From assembly GCA_002371465.1 (NCBI GenBank), contig DFIU01000010.1, positions 236,638 through 300,637 of the forward strand: 64,000 bases of DNA, read 5' to 3'. The position numbers and the translations under genes are program-made. Shown here piece by piece: positions 1-8,930 of the stretch. Each line of letters begins with the position of its first letter. The first letter of the stretch is position 1. Source of the DNA: Lachnospiraceae bacterium UBA3689 (GTDB lineage: Bacteria > Bacillota > Clostridia > Lachnospirales > Lachnospiraceae). The notes below the pieces were generated by a model. That model did not search any database. It was not told the DNA's origin and was given only the letters and a program-made list of their open reading frames with translations.

Positions 1-2
1 GG

Positions 3-1472
3 GAGAAGCCGGTATCGGTCTGTGCGGATCTTTCCTATCGCTGGCACGACCGGGACTACCTGGAACGGCGATCCAAGAAAACGGATACCTCTTCCTGCCC
101 CTTGGCCTTCTTTGAATGTTCCCTTGCAAAATGGAGGGAGAAGACCGGGCTTGCGGATTATCGCAGCCTGGCTGATAATCTGGCTGACTATGCCGCAGCC
201 TATGGCTATACCCATGTGGAACTGACCCCTGTCATGGAATATGCGGATGATACATCAAGCGGCTACCAGACGACGGGTTACTATGCGCCGACAGACCGGT
301 ATGGGGAGCCGGCTGCTTTTAAATATCTGGTCGATACCCTTCATCAAAAGGGAATCGGGGTGATCCTCGATTGGACGCCAGCCCAGTTTTCTGCGGATAC
401 CGACTGGCTGGCCTCCTACGACGGGACCTGCCTCTATGAACACCTGGATCCCCGCCAAGGCGTCCACCCACTCTGGGGGTCTAAAATCTACAACTACGGC
501 AGACCCCAGGTCAGGAGTTTCTTAATTTCAAACGCAACCTTCTGGATGCGGGAGTACCATGTGGACGGGCTCCGCATCGACGGAGCCTCCACCATGCTGC
601 GCCTGGACTGGCAGCGGGGATCCGGCTGGGTCGCCAACATGTACGGGTCCAATGAGAATCTGGAAGGAATCGATTTTTTAAAGAGCCTGTCCTCTGTTTT
701 TAAAAAGTCCTTCCCGGACGGGCTATTGATCCTGGAAGAGGAGACGGATTTCCCGGATGTGACTGCCTCCACGGAGGACGGGGGTCTGGGCTTCGACTAC
801 AAGTGGAACCTCCACTTTACCGAGGACCTGCTGCATTACTTAAGCCTTGACCAAAAGGGGCGGAAGTCTGCCCACGAGTTGCTTCTTAATGGGATGCTGC
901 ACAACTATCTGGAACATTTTGTGATCAGCCTTTCAAGGGGCATGGGATATTTTGATCCCGACAGCTTCCTTGCCGGGATTGACGGCAAAGACAGGGATAA
1001 AAAAGCTTTGGTAAGGGCGGCTTACGGCTACCTCTTCCTGCATCCGGGCAAGAAGCTGCTGGCGGATGGAGAGGACTTCGGATCTCCCTACCTGGCAGAT
1101 CTCATTTCGCTTTATGAACGGGAGCCTGCCCTCAGTCTTCATGATTTTGAGGAGGATGGTTTTGAATGGATCAACACCATGGACGATGAGCACTTAGCCC
1201 TGTCCTTCTTAAGAAAGGGAGAGCGGGAGGAGGACACCCTCCTGGTCGTCGCCAATTTCTCGGATGAGGACTTTCCCCTCTATCAGGTCGGGGTACCCTA
1301 TCCCGGCAAATATAAGGAGATCTTAAACAGTGATGATCTTGCCTACGGCGGCAGTGGGAAAGTCAATCCCCGCGCCCGGGCGGCCAGAGAAGTGGAATTT
1401 GATGAAAGGAAATGGTCCCTCAATCTGCGGCTTGCGGCGCGCGCAATCGCGGTCTTTCGATATCAGAAATAA
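3..1472 (+). CDS. glgB: GlgB-like GH13 protein (1,4-alpha-glucan branching enzyme paralog), 5' truncated by window, catalytic site degenerate
   Basis: Frame open from position 3 (EKPVSVCADLSYRWHDRDYLERR...). Motifs YTHVELTPVMEY, GYQTTGYYAPT, DWTPAQF, WMREYHVDGLRIDG, GFDYKWN and C-terminal PYPGKYKEILNSD. SHDE motif absent. Confidence 0.85.
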   Translation, partial: EKPVSVCADLSYRWHDRDYLERRSKKTDTSSCPLAFFECSLAKWREKTGLADYRSLADNLADYAAAYGYTHVELTPVMEYADDTSSGYQTTGYYAPTDRYGEPAAFKYLVDTLHQKGIGVILDWTPAQFSADTDWLASYDGTCLYEHLDPRQGVHPLWGSKIYNYGRPQVRSFLISNATFWMREYHVDGLRIDGASTMLRLDWQRGSGWVANMYGSNENLEGIDFLKSLSSVFKKSFPDGLLILEEETDFPDVTASTEDGGLGFDYKWNLHFTEDLLHYLSLDQKGRKSAHELLLNGMLHNYLEHFVISLSRGMGYFDPDSFLAGIDGKDRDKKALVRAAYGYLFLHPGKKLLADGEDFGSPYLADLISLYEREPALSLHDFEEDGFEWINTMDDEHLALSFLRKGEREEDTLLVVANFSDEDFPLYQVGVPYPGKYKEILNSDDLAYGGSGKVNPRARAAREVEFDERKWSLNLRLAARAIAVFRYQK

Positions 1473-1478
1473 GGCAGT

Positions 1479-2339
1479 ATGACAAAAGTAGAACGAATCA
1501 CCAGGTTCCAAACCTACCTCAATGATGATCTGATTCCGACCTTCGGCAAGTATATGCTGAAGATCACGCTTGCCCTTCTGATCTATTTTGTGGTTAGCAA
1601 GATCATCAATAGGCTCATCCGGGTCGCGGTCAAAAAGCTGTCCGCCCGGAATTTTGACCGGACCGCCGTCATTTTTCTGGGAAATACCTTCCGGGTTATT
1701 TTAAAGGTCCTGTTAGTCATCGCCCTTTTGACCAATCTTGGCGTGACCTCCGCTACAATTCTGGCAGCCTTCGGTTCGGTCACGGTCGGAATCGGTCTGG
1801 CGCTGCAGGGAGGTATGGCAAATTTTGCGGGGGGAGTTCTTATCACCTTCACCAAGCCCTTTGAAATCGGAGATTATATCATTGAGGTCGGAGAGAAGAA
1901 TGAGGGGACAGTCAGGAAGATCGCCATGTTCTATACGACCCTGCAGACAGCCGACGACCACACGGTCACTATTCCCAACCAGATGCTGACCAATTCCTCG
2001 GTCATCAATCTTACCAAGGCGGGTACCAGGAGGCTGACCATCGTGGTTGGGATCTCCTATCGGGATAGTATCGATCAGGCCAAGACCATCCTGTCCGACC
2101 TGATCCGGGAAGAGGCTCGGATCTTAAAGGACCGGCCGATCGATATCTATGTCGACGAGCTGGCGGCAAGTTCCGTCAATCTGGGTCTCCATGCCTATGT
2201 CAAGGCAGAGGACTATTTTAAGGTCAAGTGGGATCTCAACGAGAAAATCAAAAAGAGTTTCGACCAAAAGGGAATCAGAATCCCCTATCAGCAGGTCGAT
2301 GTTCATGTCAACGCGAATGTGAGTGAGGAGCGATCATGA
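1479..2339 (+). CDS. mscS: Small-conductance mechanosensitive channel
   Basis: Three hydrophobic helices, GIGLALQGGMANFAGG, PFEIGDYI, TIPNQML. Confidence 0.92.
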   Translation: MTKVERITRFQTYLNDDLIPTFGKYMLKITLALLIYFVVSKIINRLIRVAVKKLSARNFDRTAVIFLGNTFRVILKVLLVIALLTNLGVTSATILAAFGSVTVGIGLALQGGMANFAGGVLITFTKPFEIGDYIIEVGEKNEGTVRKIAMFYTTLQTADDHTVTIPNQMLTNSSVINLTKAGTRRLTIVVGISYRDSIDQAKTILSDLIREEARILKDRPIDIYVDELAASSVNLGLHAYVKAEDYFKVKWDLNEKIKKSFDQKGIRIPYQQVDVHVNANVSEERS

Positions 2340-3382
2340 AAAAAAGAATACTGGCAGTTATCCTGTCGATCGGGATGGCGGTATCCTTCCTTGGAGGGTG
2401 TACTCGTCACGCAACGAAGAAGCCGACGTCGGAAGTTGTCGATGTCGCCGAGACCGAAAAGTATGCCCTGATTCTAAACGGCAGCAACAACCAATATGAA
2501 AAGTTGATCGCCCAGGGATTTGAATCCGTCATGAAGGAGGCCAATAAGGACTATGTCGTGAAGACGCCCCGGGACAGCCGGGCCCAGGACCAGGAAGAGT
2601 TTGTCAAGCAGCTGACGTGGGAAAAAGTATCCTGTATCGCCGTGGCGCCATTGGATGCGGCGGCTCTTGAAAAGCCGCTCAGGGCGGCGATGGACGCCGG
2701 TATCGATGTCTGCGCCTACGATACGCCGACGACACCGGACAGCCGGGAACTCTTCATTAACCAGACCGATACGGACCAGATCGCGGTCACGCTGATGGAC
2801 GCCGTTTTGGACCTGTCGGGCGGCATGGGGCAGTGGGCGATCCTGTCCTCCTCCTCGACGGCGGCAAACCAGAATGAGTGGATCAACCGCATGAGGGAGA
2901 CCATGAAGGATGACAAGTACAAGGGGCTGGAAATGGTCGAAGTCGCCTACGGCGATGACCAGTACCAGCGGGTTTACGACCAGACCAAGGCGCTGCTGCA
3001 GAACTATCCGGACTTAAAGACCATCTGTGTTCCCAGTACCGCGGAACTGCCTGCGGCGGCTGCGGCAGTCGAAGACGCCAGGTCCCATGTCAAGCTGACC
3101 GGCTTCGGCCTGCCCTCCGAGATGGCGGACCACATCGGAGCCAATAAGGCAGTCCCCTATATGTACCTGTGGAACCCGGACGATCTGGGCAGGCTGACCG
3201 CCTATGTTTCGGTCGCCCTCCACAACGGCAAGATTACCGGCGAACTGGGAGAGAAGTTCAAGGCAGGAGATATGGGAGAATTTGAAGTGACCCGGTCCGA
3301 GGACGAAGGAACCCAGGTCATCGTCGGTTCGCCTTATAAATTCGACCAGGACAACATTGAGAAGTGGAAGGATATCTTTTAA
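2336..3382 (+). CDS. Sugar ABC transporter substrate-binding lipoprotein (RhaS/LsrB-like)
   Basis: Signal peptide ending FLGGC (lipobox); WAILSSSSTAANQNEW, YGDD, TGFGLPSEM, YLWNPDDLG. Confidence 0.8.
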   Translation: MKKRILAVILSIGMAVSFLGGCTRHATKKPTSEVVDVAETEKYALILNGSNNQYEKLIAQGFESVMKEANKDYVVKTPRDSRAQDQEEFVKQLTWEKVSCIAVAPLDAAALEKPLRAAMDAGIDVCAYDTPTTPDSRELFINQTDTDQIAVTLMDAVLDLSGGMGQWAILSSSSTAANQNEWINRMRETMKDDKYKGLEMVEVAYGDDQYQRVYDQTKALLQNYPDLKTICVPSTAELPAAAAAVEDARSHVKLTGFGLPSEMADHIGANKAVPYMYLWNPDDLGRLTAYVSVALHNGKITGELGEKFKAGDMGEFEVTRSEDEGTQVIVGSPYKFDQDNIEKWKDIF

Positions 3383-3396
3383 GCAGGAGGTCTTTT

Positions 3397-4131
3397 ATGA
3401 AAGATGAATCGGTTTTAAAGACAGTCAGAAACGTCACCCTGATCTTTGCCGTCCTCTATACGGTCCTGGGTATCGTCACCCTCCTCTTTTCCAAACAGGT
3501 GGTCAGCGTCCTGGGCTATCTTTTGGGGGCGGGGCTTGCTGCCTTCGGTCTCTACCGGCTCTTTCTCTATTTCAGGAGAAAGCGGACGGCACAGCTTTTA
3601 GCCTATGATCTTTTTGCCGGGGCGCTTCTGATCGCCTTTGGCGTCATCTGCCTGGTTTATCACAGCAAGGTGACTGCTTACATTGCCATCATCTTCGGCA
3701 TCTTGCTGCTGGCGGGCAGCATCATCAAGTTCCAAAACGCCATTGACCTGCAAAGAATCGGCTTATCCCACTGGGCTTTAGTCCTGCTTTTGGGGCTGGT
3801 CACGTTGGGGATGGGAGTCCTGCTTATTTTAAAGCCGGCTTTTATCGGCAGGTTTTACTTACTTGCGGCAGGGATCTTTCTGGTATATGATGGTATCTCG
3901 GACTTCGCTATCGTCTTTTTGTTCGCCAAGAGGCGGCATCAGATCCGAAAAGAGGAGAAGCAAAGGGAGGAAGCTGATCCCACCCCCGCGTCCCCTGCAA
4001 AGGCGGAAGATCCCTTTACGATCGCGGATGGGGAGGAGACTTCTCAGGAAAAGCCTCCCGCAGAGAAGCCCTCTGAAACGGCGGCTTCCGGCTTAAACTT
4101 TGATCCTGAAACGGGGCAACCGTTGAAGTGA
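3397..4131 (+). CDS. HdeD/DUF308 family membrane protein with low-complexity C-terminal tail
   Basis: Six hydrophobic segments in two repeats; SD aggagg before ATG 3397. Confidence 0.7.
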   Translation: MKDESVLKTVRNVTLIFAVLYTVLGIVTLLFSKQVVSVLGYLLGAGLAAFGLYRLFLYFRRKRTAQLLAYDLFAGALLIAFGVICLVYHSKVTAYIAIIFGILLLAGSIIKFQNAIDLQRIGLSHWALVLLLGLVTLGMGVLLILKPAFIGRFYLLAAGIFLVYDGISDFAIVFLFAKRRHQIRKEEKQREEADPTPASPAKAEDPFTIADGEETSQEKPPAEKPSETAASGLNFDPETGQPLK

Positions 4132-4161
4132 TAGATATATTGAAGGTAAGGAGAAATTTTT

Positions 4162-5007
4162 ATGGCACAAAATCCACAGAATCCTGAAAATTGCGCCCCC
4201 AGCGACTGCAGCAGCTGCAAGGCTAACTGCTCCAGCCGCAAGGGACCGGCGAGCTTTCTGGAACAGCCCAATAAAGGTACTCATGTTAAGAAGGTGATCG
4301 GGGTCGTCAGCGGCAAGGGCGGCGTCGGCAAGTCTATGGTCACCTCTTTGCTGGCGGTCGCCGCCAACAAGAGCGGCAAGAAAGTCGGCATCCTGGACGC
4401 CGATATCACAGGACCTTCCATTCCCAGAATGTTCGGGATCGAGGGGCAGGAGATGCTGGGAACCGAGAATGGTTTAAATCCGGCGCTTACAGCTGACGGC
4501 ATCAAGGCTATGTCCATCAATTTGCTTTTGCCCAACAGCGAAGATCCGGTCATCTGGAGAGGGCCGGTCATTGCCGGAGCGGTCAAGCAGTTCTGGACCG
4601 ACGTCATCTGGGGCGATCTGGACTATCTCTTCGTCGATATGCCGCCCGGAACCGGAGACGTCCCCCTGACGGTCTTCCAGTCCCTGCCCGTTGACGGTAT
4701 CGTCATTGTCACCTCTCCCCAGGAACTGGTCTCCATGATCGTCGGCAAGGCGGCAAAGATGGCGGAGACCATGAACATTCCGGTCCTGGGTCTGGTTGAG
4801 AACATGAGCTATGTCGAATGCCCCCACTGCGGAGAGAAGATCTATCTCTTCGGAGAGGGCAAGGCAAATGAAGTCGCGGAAAAGTACGGCATCGAAAAGA
4901 CGGCTTCCCTGCCGGTTATTCCCAAGCTCGCCCAGCTCTGCGATGCAGGGGCCGTCGAGGCGGCTCCCGAGGAAGTATACAGCCAGGTCTACGGACTGCT
5001 GGGCTGA
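4162..5007 (+). CDS. mrp: Mrp/NBP35 (ApbC) Fe-S cluster carrier ATPase
   Basis: GKGGVGKS, DADITGPS, WRGP, DMPPGTGD, ENMS, CPHC and Cys-rich N-terminus. Confidence 0.93.
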   Translation: MAQNPQNPENCAPSDCSSCKANCSSRKGPASFLEQPNKGTHVKKVIGVVSGKGGVGKSMVTSLLAVAANKSGKKVGILDADITGPSIPRMFGIEGQEMLGTENGLNPALTADGIKAMSINLLLPNSEDPVIWRGPVIAGAVKQFWTDVIWGDLDYLFVDMPPGTGDVPLTVFQSLPVDGIVIVTSPQELVSMIVGKAAKMAETMNIPVLGLVENMSYVECPHCGEKIYLFGEGKANEVAEKYGIEKTASLPVIPKLAQLCDAGAVEAAPEEVYSQVYGLLG

Positions 5008-5062
5008 TCCCAAATCTATTTTTATAAGAAGTCCGACACCCGTTTCATTCTTGAAATGGGTG

Positions 5063-5090
5063 TTGCTTTTTCAGGATATTCATGTATAAT
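5063..5090 (+). promoter_or_regulatory. Sigma-A type promoter for tRNA-Thr
   Basis: TTGCTT-16-TATAAT, 15 nt upstream of the tRNA. Confidence 0.6.
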
Positions 5091-5105
5091 ATCCATTGTT
5101 GCCCT

Positions 5106-5178
<73 letters not shown>

Positions 5179-5179
5179 G

Positions 5180-5215
5180 AAGCGGAAATCCCTGATGGGG
5201 TTTCCGCTTTTTTTC
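5180..5215 (+). terminator. Intrinsic terminator after tRNA-Thr
   Basis: aagcggaaatccc-tgat-ggggtttccgctt followed by a T tract. Confidence 0.85.
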
Positions 5216-5228
5216 TGAAAGGGCAGAC

Positions 5229-5293
5229 TGTCAAGGAAATATCCTTTATGTAAAGAGAAAAGACTTGACAGATAAGCTCCGATCTTGTAAGAT
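5229..5293 (+). promoter_or_regulatory. ylxM-ffh promoter with two overlapping palindromic boxes
   Basis: TTGACA(5265-5270)-17-TAAGAT(5288-5293); boxes tgtcaag-N8-ctttatg (5229-5250) and tgtaaag-N8-cttgaca (5249-5270). Confidence 0.7.
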
Positions 5294-5300
5294 ACGGGTC

Positions 5301-5615
5301 ATGATCAAGATCTATGAGGAGACTCTGCTCTATGATTTTTACGGAGAACTCCTGACAGACAGGCAGAAAACCGTATATGAGGAAGTGGTCCTTCACGATC
5401 TGTCCCTGGGGGAAGCGGCTGAGGAGTTCGGCATTTCCCGGCAGGGCGTACACGATATGATCAAGCGGTCCACCAAGGCCCTAAAGGACTATGAGGACAA
5501 GCTCCATCTGGTCAGCAAATTCCTTGATCTAAAGGACAAGGTCCACCAGATTGAGCATCTGACGGACCATCCTAAGGTCAAGCAGCTGGCAGAGGAAATC
5601 CTGGAGGAATTGTAA
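5301..5615 (+). CDS. ylxM: YlxM/UPF0122 HTH protein, SRP-associated
   Basis: LLYDFYGELLT...DLSLGEAAEEFGISRQGVHD...YEDKLHL; directly upstream of ffh. The TTG at 5265 in the ORF track is the -35 box, so the start was moved to ATG 5301. Confidence 0.9.
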   Translation: MIKIYEETLLYDFYGELLTDRQKTVYEEVVLHDLSLGEAAEEFGISRQGVHDMIKRSTKALKDYEDKLHLVSKFLDLKDKVHQIEHLTDHPKVKQLAEEILEEL

Positions 5616-5618
5616 TCG

Positions 5619-6980
5619 ATGGCATTTGAAAGCCTTACCGAAAAACTGACTAACGTCTTCAAAAAGCTGCGCAGCAAGGGCAAGTTGACCGATTCCGACG
5701 TCAAAGAGGCGATGAAGGAAGTCAAGATGGCCCTGCTCGAGGCGGACGTCAACTTCAAGGTCGTCAAAAAGTTCACGCGGTCCGTTACTGAAAAGGCGGT
5801 CGGCGAAGACGTCATGAACGGCTTAAATCCCGGTCAGATGGTCATCAAGATCGTTCATGACCAGCTGGTTGAGCTGATGGGGTCCGAGCTGACGGAGATC
5901 CCCCTTAAAAATGCGGGCATCACTGTCATCATGATGGTGGGTCTGCAGGGCGCCGGTAAAACGACGACCGCGGCAAAGCTGGCGGGAAAATTCAAGGCAA
6001 AGGGCAGGCGTCCCCTGCTGGTTGCGGGGGATATCTATCGCCCCGCGGCGATCAAACAGCTGCAGGTTAACGGCGACAAGGTCGGGGTTCCGGTCTTTGC
6101 CATGAGCGATAAGATCAGTCCGGTCGATATCGCCAAAGCCGGTTATGCCCATGCAGTCAAAAATAACAATAATGTCCTCATCATCGATACGGCTGGTCGT
6201 CTGCAGATCGATACCGCGATGATGAAGGAACTGCAGGAGATCAAACAGGCAGTCGAAGTCGACTCCACGGTCCTGGTCGTGGATGCCATGACCGGCCAGG
6301 AGGCAGTCAACGTCGCCAGGACTTTTACCGACGAAGTCGGAATCGAGGGCGTTGTCCTGTCCAAGTGCGACGGCGATACCCGGGGCGGCGCGGCGCTTTC
6401 CATTAAGGCTGTCACCGGCAAACCCATCCTCTATGTGGGGATGGGAGAGAAGCTGGAGGATCTGGAGCAGTTCTATCCGGACCGGATGGCAAGCCGCATC
6501 CTGGGCATGGGCGACGTCATGAGCCTGATTGAAAAGGCGCAGGAGAATTTTGACGAAGCCAAGGCTCAGAAGATGGAGCAGAAGATCCGCAAGGCTTCTT
6601 TCGGGTTTGACGACTATCTCGATAGTATGGAGCAGATGAAGAAGATGGGGGGACTCGAAAAGGTCCTGTCCATGCTGCCCGGCGTCGGAGCCAACATGGG
6701 GGACCTTTCTTCCATGATTGACCAAAAGGCGCTCGATCGTACCAAAGCGATCATCCTTTCCATGACACCGGAGGAACGGTCCAATCCCGACATCCTCAAC
6801 ATATCTAGGAAGAACCGGATCGCCAAGGGCTCCGGCTGCGGTATTTCCGAGGTAAACCGCCTGGTCAAGCAGTTTGAGCAGGCGCGCAAGATGATGAAAC
6901 AGATGCCCGGCATGATGAAGGGCAAGCGAAGAGGCGGCTTTGGCGGCTTCGGCAAGGGCGGATTGAATTTTCCGTTCTGA
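5619..6980 (+). CDS. ffh: Signal recognition particle protein
   Basis: GLQGAGKTT, DTAGR, DGDTRGG, Met-rich M domain. Confidence 0.98.
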   Translation: MAFESLTEKLTNVFKKLRSKGKLTDSDVKEAMKEVKMALLEADVNFKVVKKFTRSVTEKAVGEDVMNGLNPGQMVIKIVHDQLVELMGSELTEIPLKNAGITVIMMVGLQGAGKTTTAAKLAGKFKAKGRRPLLVAGDIYRPAAIKQLQVNGDKVGVPVFAMSDKISPVDIAKAGYAHAVKNNNNVLIIDTAGRLQIDTAMMKELQEIKQAVEVDSTVLVVDAMTGQEAVNVARTFTDEVGIEGVVLSKCDGDTRGGAALSIKAVTGKPILYVGMGEKLEDLEQFYPDRMASRILGMGDVMSLIEKAQENFDEAKAQKMEQKIRKASFGFDDYLDSMEQMKKMGGLEKVLSMLPGVGANMGDLSSMIDQKALDRTKAIILSMTPEERSNPDILNISRKNRIAKGSGCGISEVNRLVKQFEQARKMMKQMPGMMKGKRRGGFGGFGKGGLNFPF

Positions 6981-7064
6981 CACATTACTTTGATTCAACA
7001 GGAGGCAAGTAGCCGTCCTTTGAATATAAATCTTATATTTTCAAATCATTGGGAGGAATGAAAC

Positions 7065-7307
7065 ATGGTAAAGATCAGATTAACAAGAATTGGTAAGAAG
7101 AAGGCTCCGCTGTACAGAATCGTTGTTGCGGATTCCAGATCTCCGAGAGACGGCAGATTTATCGAAGAAATCGGCACCTACGATCCGACTCAGGACCCGT
7201 CCGTCTATTCTTTCAACGAAGAAGCTGCTAAGAAGTGGCTCAACAACGGCGCACAGCCGACAGCTGAGGTTGCGAAACTTCTGAAGATCGCAGGTATCAC
7301 AAAATAA
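7065..7307 (+). CDS. rpsP: 30S ribosomal protein S16
   Basis: [34 protein letters not shown]. Confidence 0.98.
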   Translation: MVKIRLTRIGKKKAPLYRIVVADSRSPRDGRFIEEIGTYDPTQDPSVYSFNEEAAKKWLNNGAQPTAEVAKLLKIAGITK

Positions 7308-7341
7308 AGGATACCTTCAGCCTGATACATGGAGGTGCTAA

Positions 7342-7575
7342 ATGAAAGAACTGGTTGAGGTCATTGCGAAAGCTTTGGTCGAACACCCTGACGAAGTTGC
7401 CGTTACTGAGACCGATAACGGCAGCGAGGTCCTTGTGGAGTTGAAGGTGGCGGCGTCCGATATGGGCAAGGTCATCGGCAGACAGGGCAGAATTGCCAAG
7501 GCGATCCGCTCGGTTGTCAAGGCGGCTTCCACAAAGACGGATAAGAAAGTGTCTGTTGAAATCGAGCAGGCATGA
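7342..7575 (+). CDS. khpA: KH-domain RNA-binding protein
   Basis: DMGKVIGRQGRIAKAIR; located between rpsP and rimM. Confidence 0.92.
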   Translation: MKELVEVIAKALVEHPDEVAVTETDNGSEVLVELKVAASDMGKVIGRQGRIAKAIRSVVKAASTKTDKKVSVEIEQA

Positions 7576-8075
7576 TAGAACAATTTGAAATCGGCGTCAT
7601 CACTACCACGCACGGTCTGAAGGGAGAGGTCAAAGTCTTCCCGACGACCGATGACGCTCGACGATTTGAAGAACTAAGCGACGTGCTGCTGGAAACCGCC
7701 GGGGAACCGCGGAAGCTTTCAGTTGAGCGCGTCCGTTTTTTTAAAGGACGTCCGATTCTGAAATTCAAAGGTCTCGACAGAATCGAAGACGTCGAGGGAC
7801 TCAAAGGAAAAAAACTGCTGATTGACCGCGAGGATGCCCTGCCCCTTGAAGAAGATGAACACTATGTGGGCGATCTGCTGGGGGCAAAGGTGATCCTTGG
7901 AGACGGGACAGCCTATGGGATCTTACGGGATATCTTAAAGACCGGGGCCAATGACGTCTTTGAAATCCAAAAAGAGGATGGAACGACGGACTACCTGCCC
8001 TCGATCAAGGAAGTCGTCCTGGCGATCGATGTGGAAAACCGCTGTATCACCATACGGCCCATGAAGACAATCTGA
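7572..8075 (+). CDS. rimM: 16S rRNA processing protein
   Basis: IGVITTTHGLKGEVKV, TGANDV, YLPSIKEVV. Confidence 0.95.
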   Translation: MIEQFEIGVITTTHGLKGEVKVFPTTDDARRFEELSDVLLETAGEPRKLSVERVRFFKGRPILKFKGLDRIEDVEGLKGKKLLIDREDALPLEEDEHYVGDLLGAKVILGDGTAYGILRDILKTGANDVFEIQKEDGTTDYLPSIKEVVLAIDVENRCITIRPMKTI

Positions 8076-8086
8076 AAGGAGCGGCC

Positions 8087-8830
8087 ATGGAATATTATGT
8101 CATGACGCTCTTTCCCGACATGATTGCCAGCGGGCTCAATACCAGCATCATCGGAAGGGCGATTGAGGACGGCAAGATCTATCTGGAATCCGTCAATATC
8201 CGGGACTTCACCAAGGACAAGCACGGCAGGACGGATGATTACCCCTACGGGGGCGGAGCCGGCATGGTCATGCAGGCGCAGCCCATCTATGACTGTTACC
8301 AGTCGATCCGGTCCCGCCTGCCCTATCAGCCCAGGGTCATCTACCTGACCCCCCAGGGGCGGGTCTTCGACCAGCAGATGGCGAAAGAATTTGCCCGGGC
8401 GGAGGGTCTGGTCTTTTTATGCGGTCACTATGAAGGCGTGGATGAGCGGGTCCTTAACGAAATCGTGACCGATCCGGTTTCGATCGGAGACTTCGTGCTG
8501 ACCGGAGGGGAACTGCCCGCCATGTGCATGATCGACGCCATTTCCCGCATGATTCCGGGGGTTCTCCACAATGAGGAATCCGCCGAGGACGATTCCTTCG
8601 GCGACGGTCTTTTGGAATTTCCCCAGTATTCAAGACCCGAGGAGTGGCGGGGCATTCACGTTCCGGATATCCTGCTTTCGGGCGATCATGCCAGGGTCGA
8701 CGCCTGGAGGAGAGAGCAGTCCCTGATCCGGACCGCGGACCGCAGACCGGACCTACTAAAGACGGCTCCGCTCAGTCCCAAGGAGCGCTGTTTTATTGAA
8801 AATTATCTTGCAAACAAAAAAGACATGTAG
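8087..8830 (+). CDS. trmD: tRNA (guanine37-N1)-methyltransferase
   Basis: DDYPYGGGAGMVM, CGHYEGVDERV, SIGDFVLTGGE. Confidence 0.97.
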   Translation: MEYYVMTLFPDMIASGLNTSIIGRAIEDGKIYLESVNIRDFTKDKHGRTDDYPYGGGAGMVMQAQPIYDCYQSIRSRLPYQPRVIYLTPQGRVFDQQMAKEFARAEGLVFLCGHYEGVDERVLNEIVTDPVSIGDFVLTGGELPAMCMIDAISRMIPGVLHNEESAEDDSFGDGLLEFPQYSRPEEWRGIHVPDILLSGDHARVDAWRREQSLIRTADRRPDLLKTAPLSPKERCFIENYLANKKDM

Positions 8831-8836
8831 TATGCT
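8808..8836 (+). promoter_or_regulatory. Promoter for rplS overlapping the trmD 3' end
   Basis: TTGCAA-17-TATGCT. Confidence 0.5.
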
Positions 8837-8855
8837 TGTTAAGCTGTTGTAAAAA

Positions 8856-8907
8856 GATGGTCCTCTGTATTCGCGTTTCATAACGCTGTTTGGAATATAA
8901 GAACATC
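8856..8907 (+). ncRNA. L19 leader-like cis-regulatory RNA
   Basis: gatggtc/gaacatc outer stem, ctctg/taa internal loop, then tattc/gaata and gcgtt/aacgc stems, directly upstream of the rplS SD. Resembles the Firmicutes L19 leader as I recall it (gAUGUUCcgCUG...AAGAACAUC). Confidence 0.7.
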
Positions 8908-8930
8908 CATAAGGAAAAAGGAGATTTATC

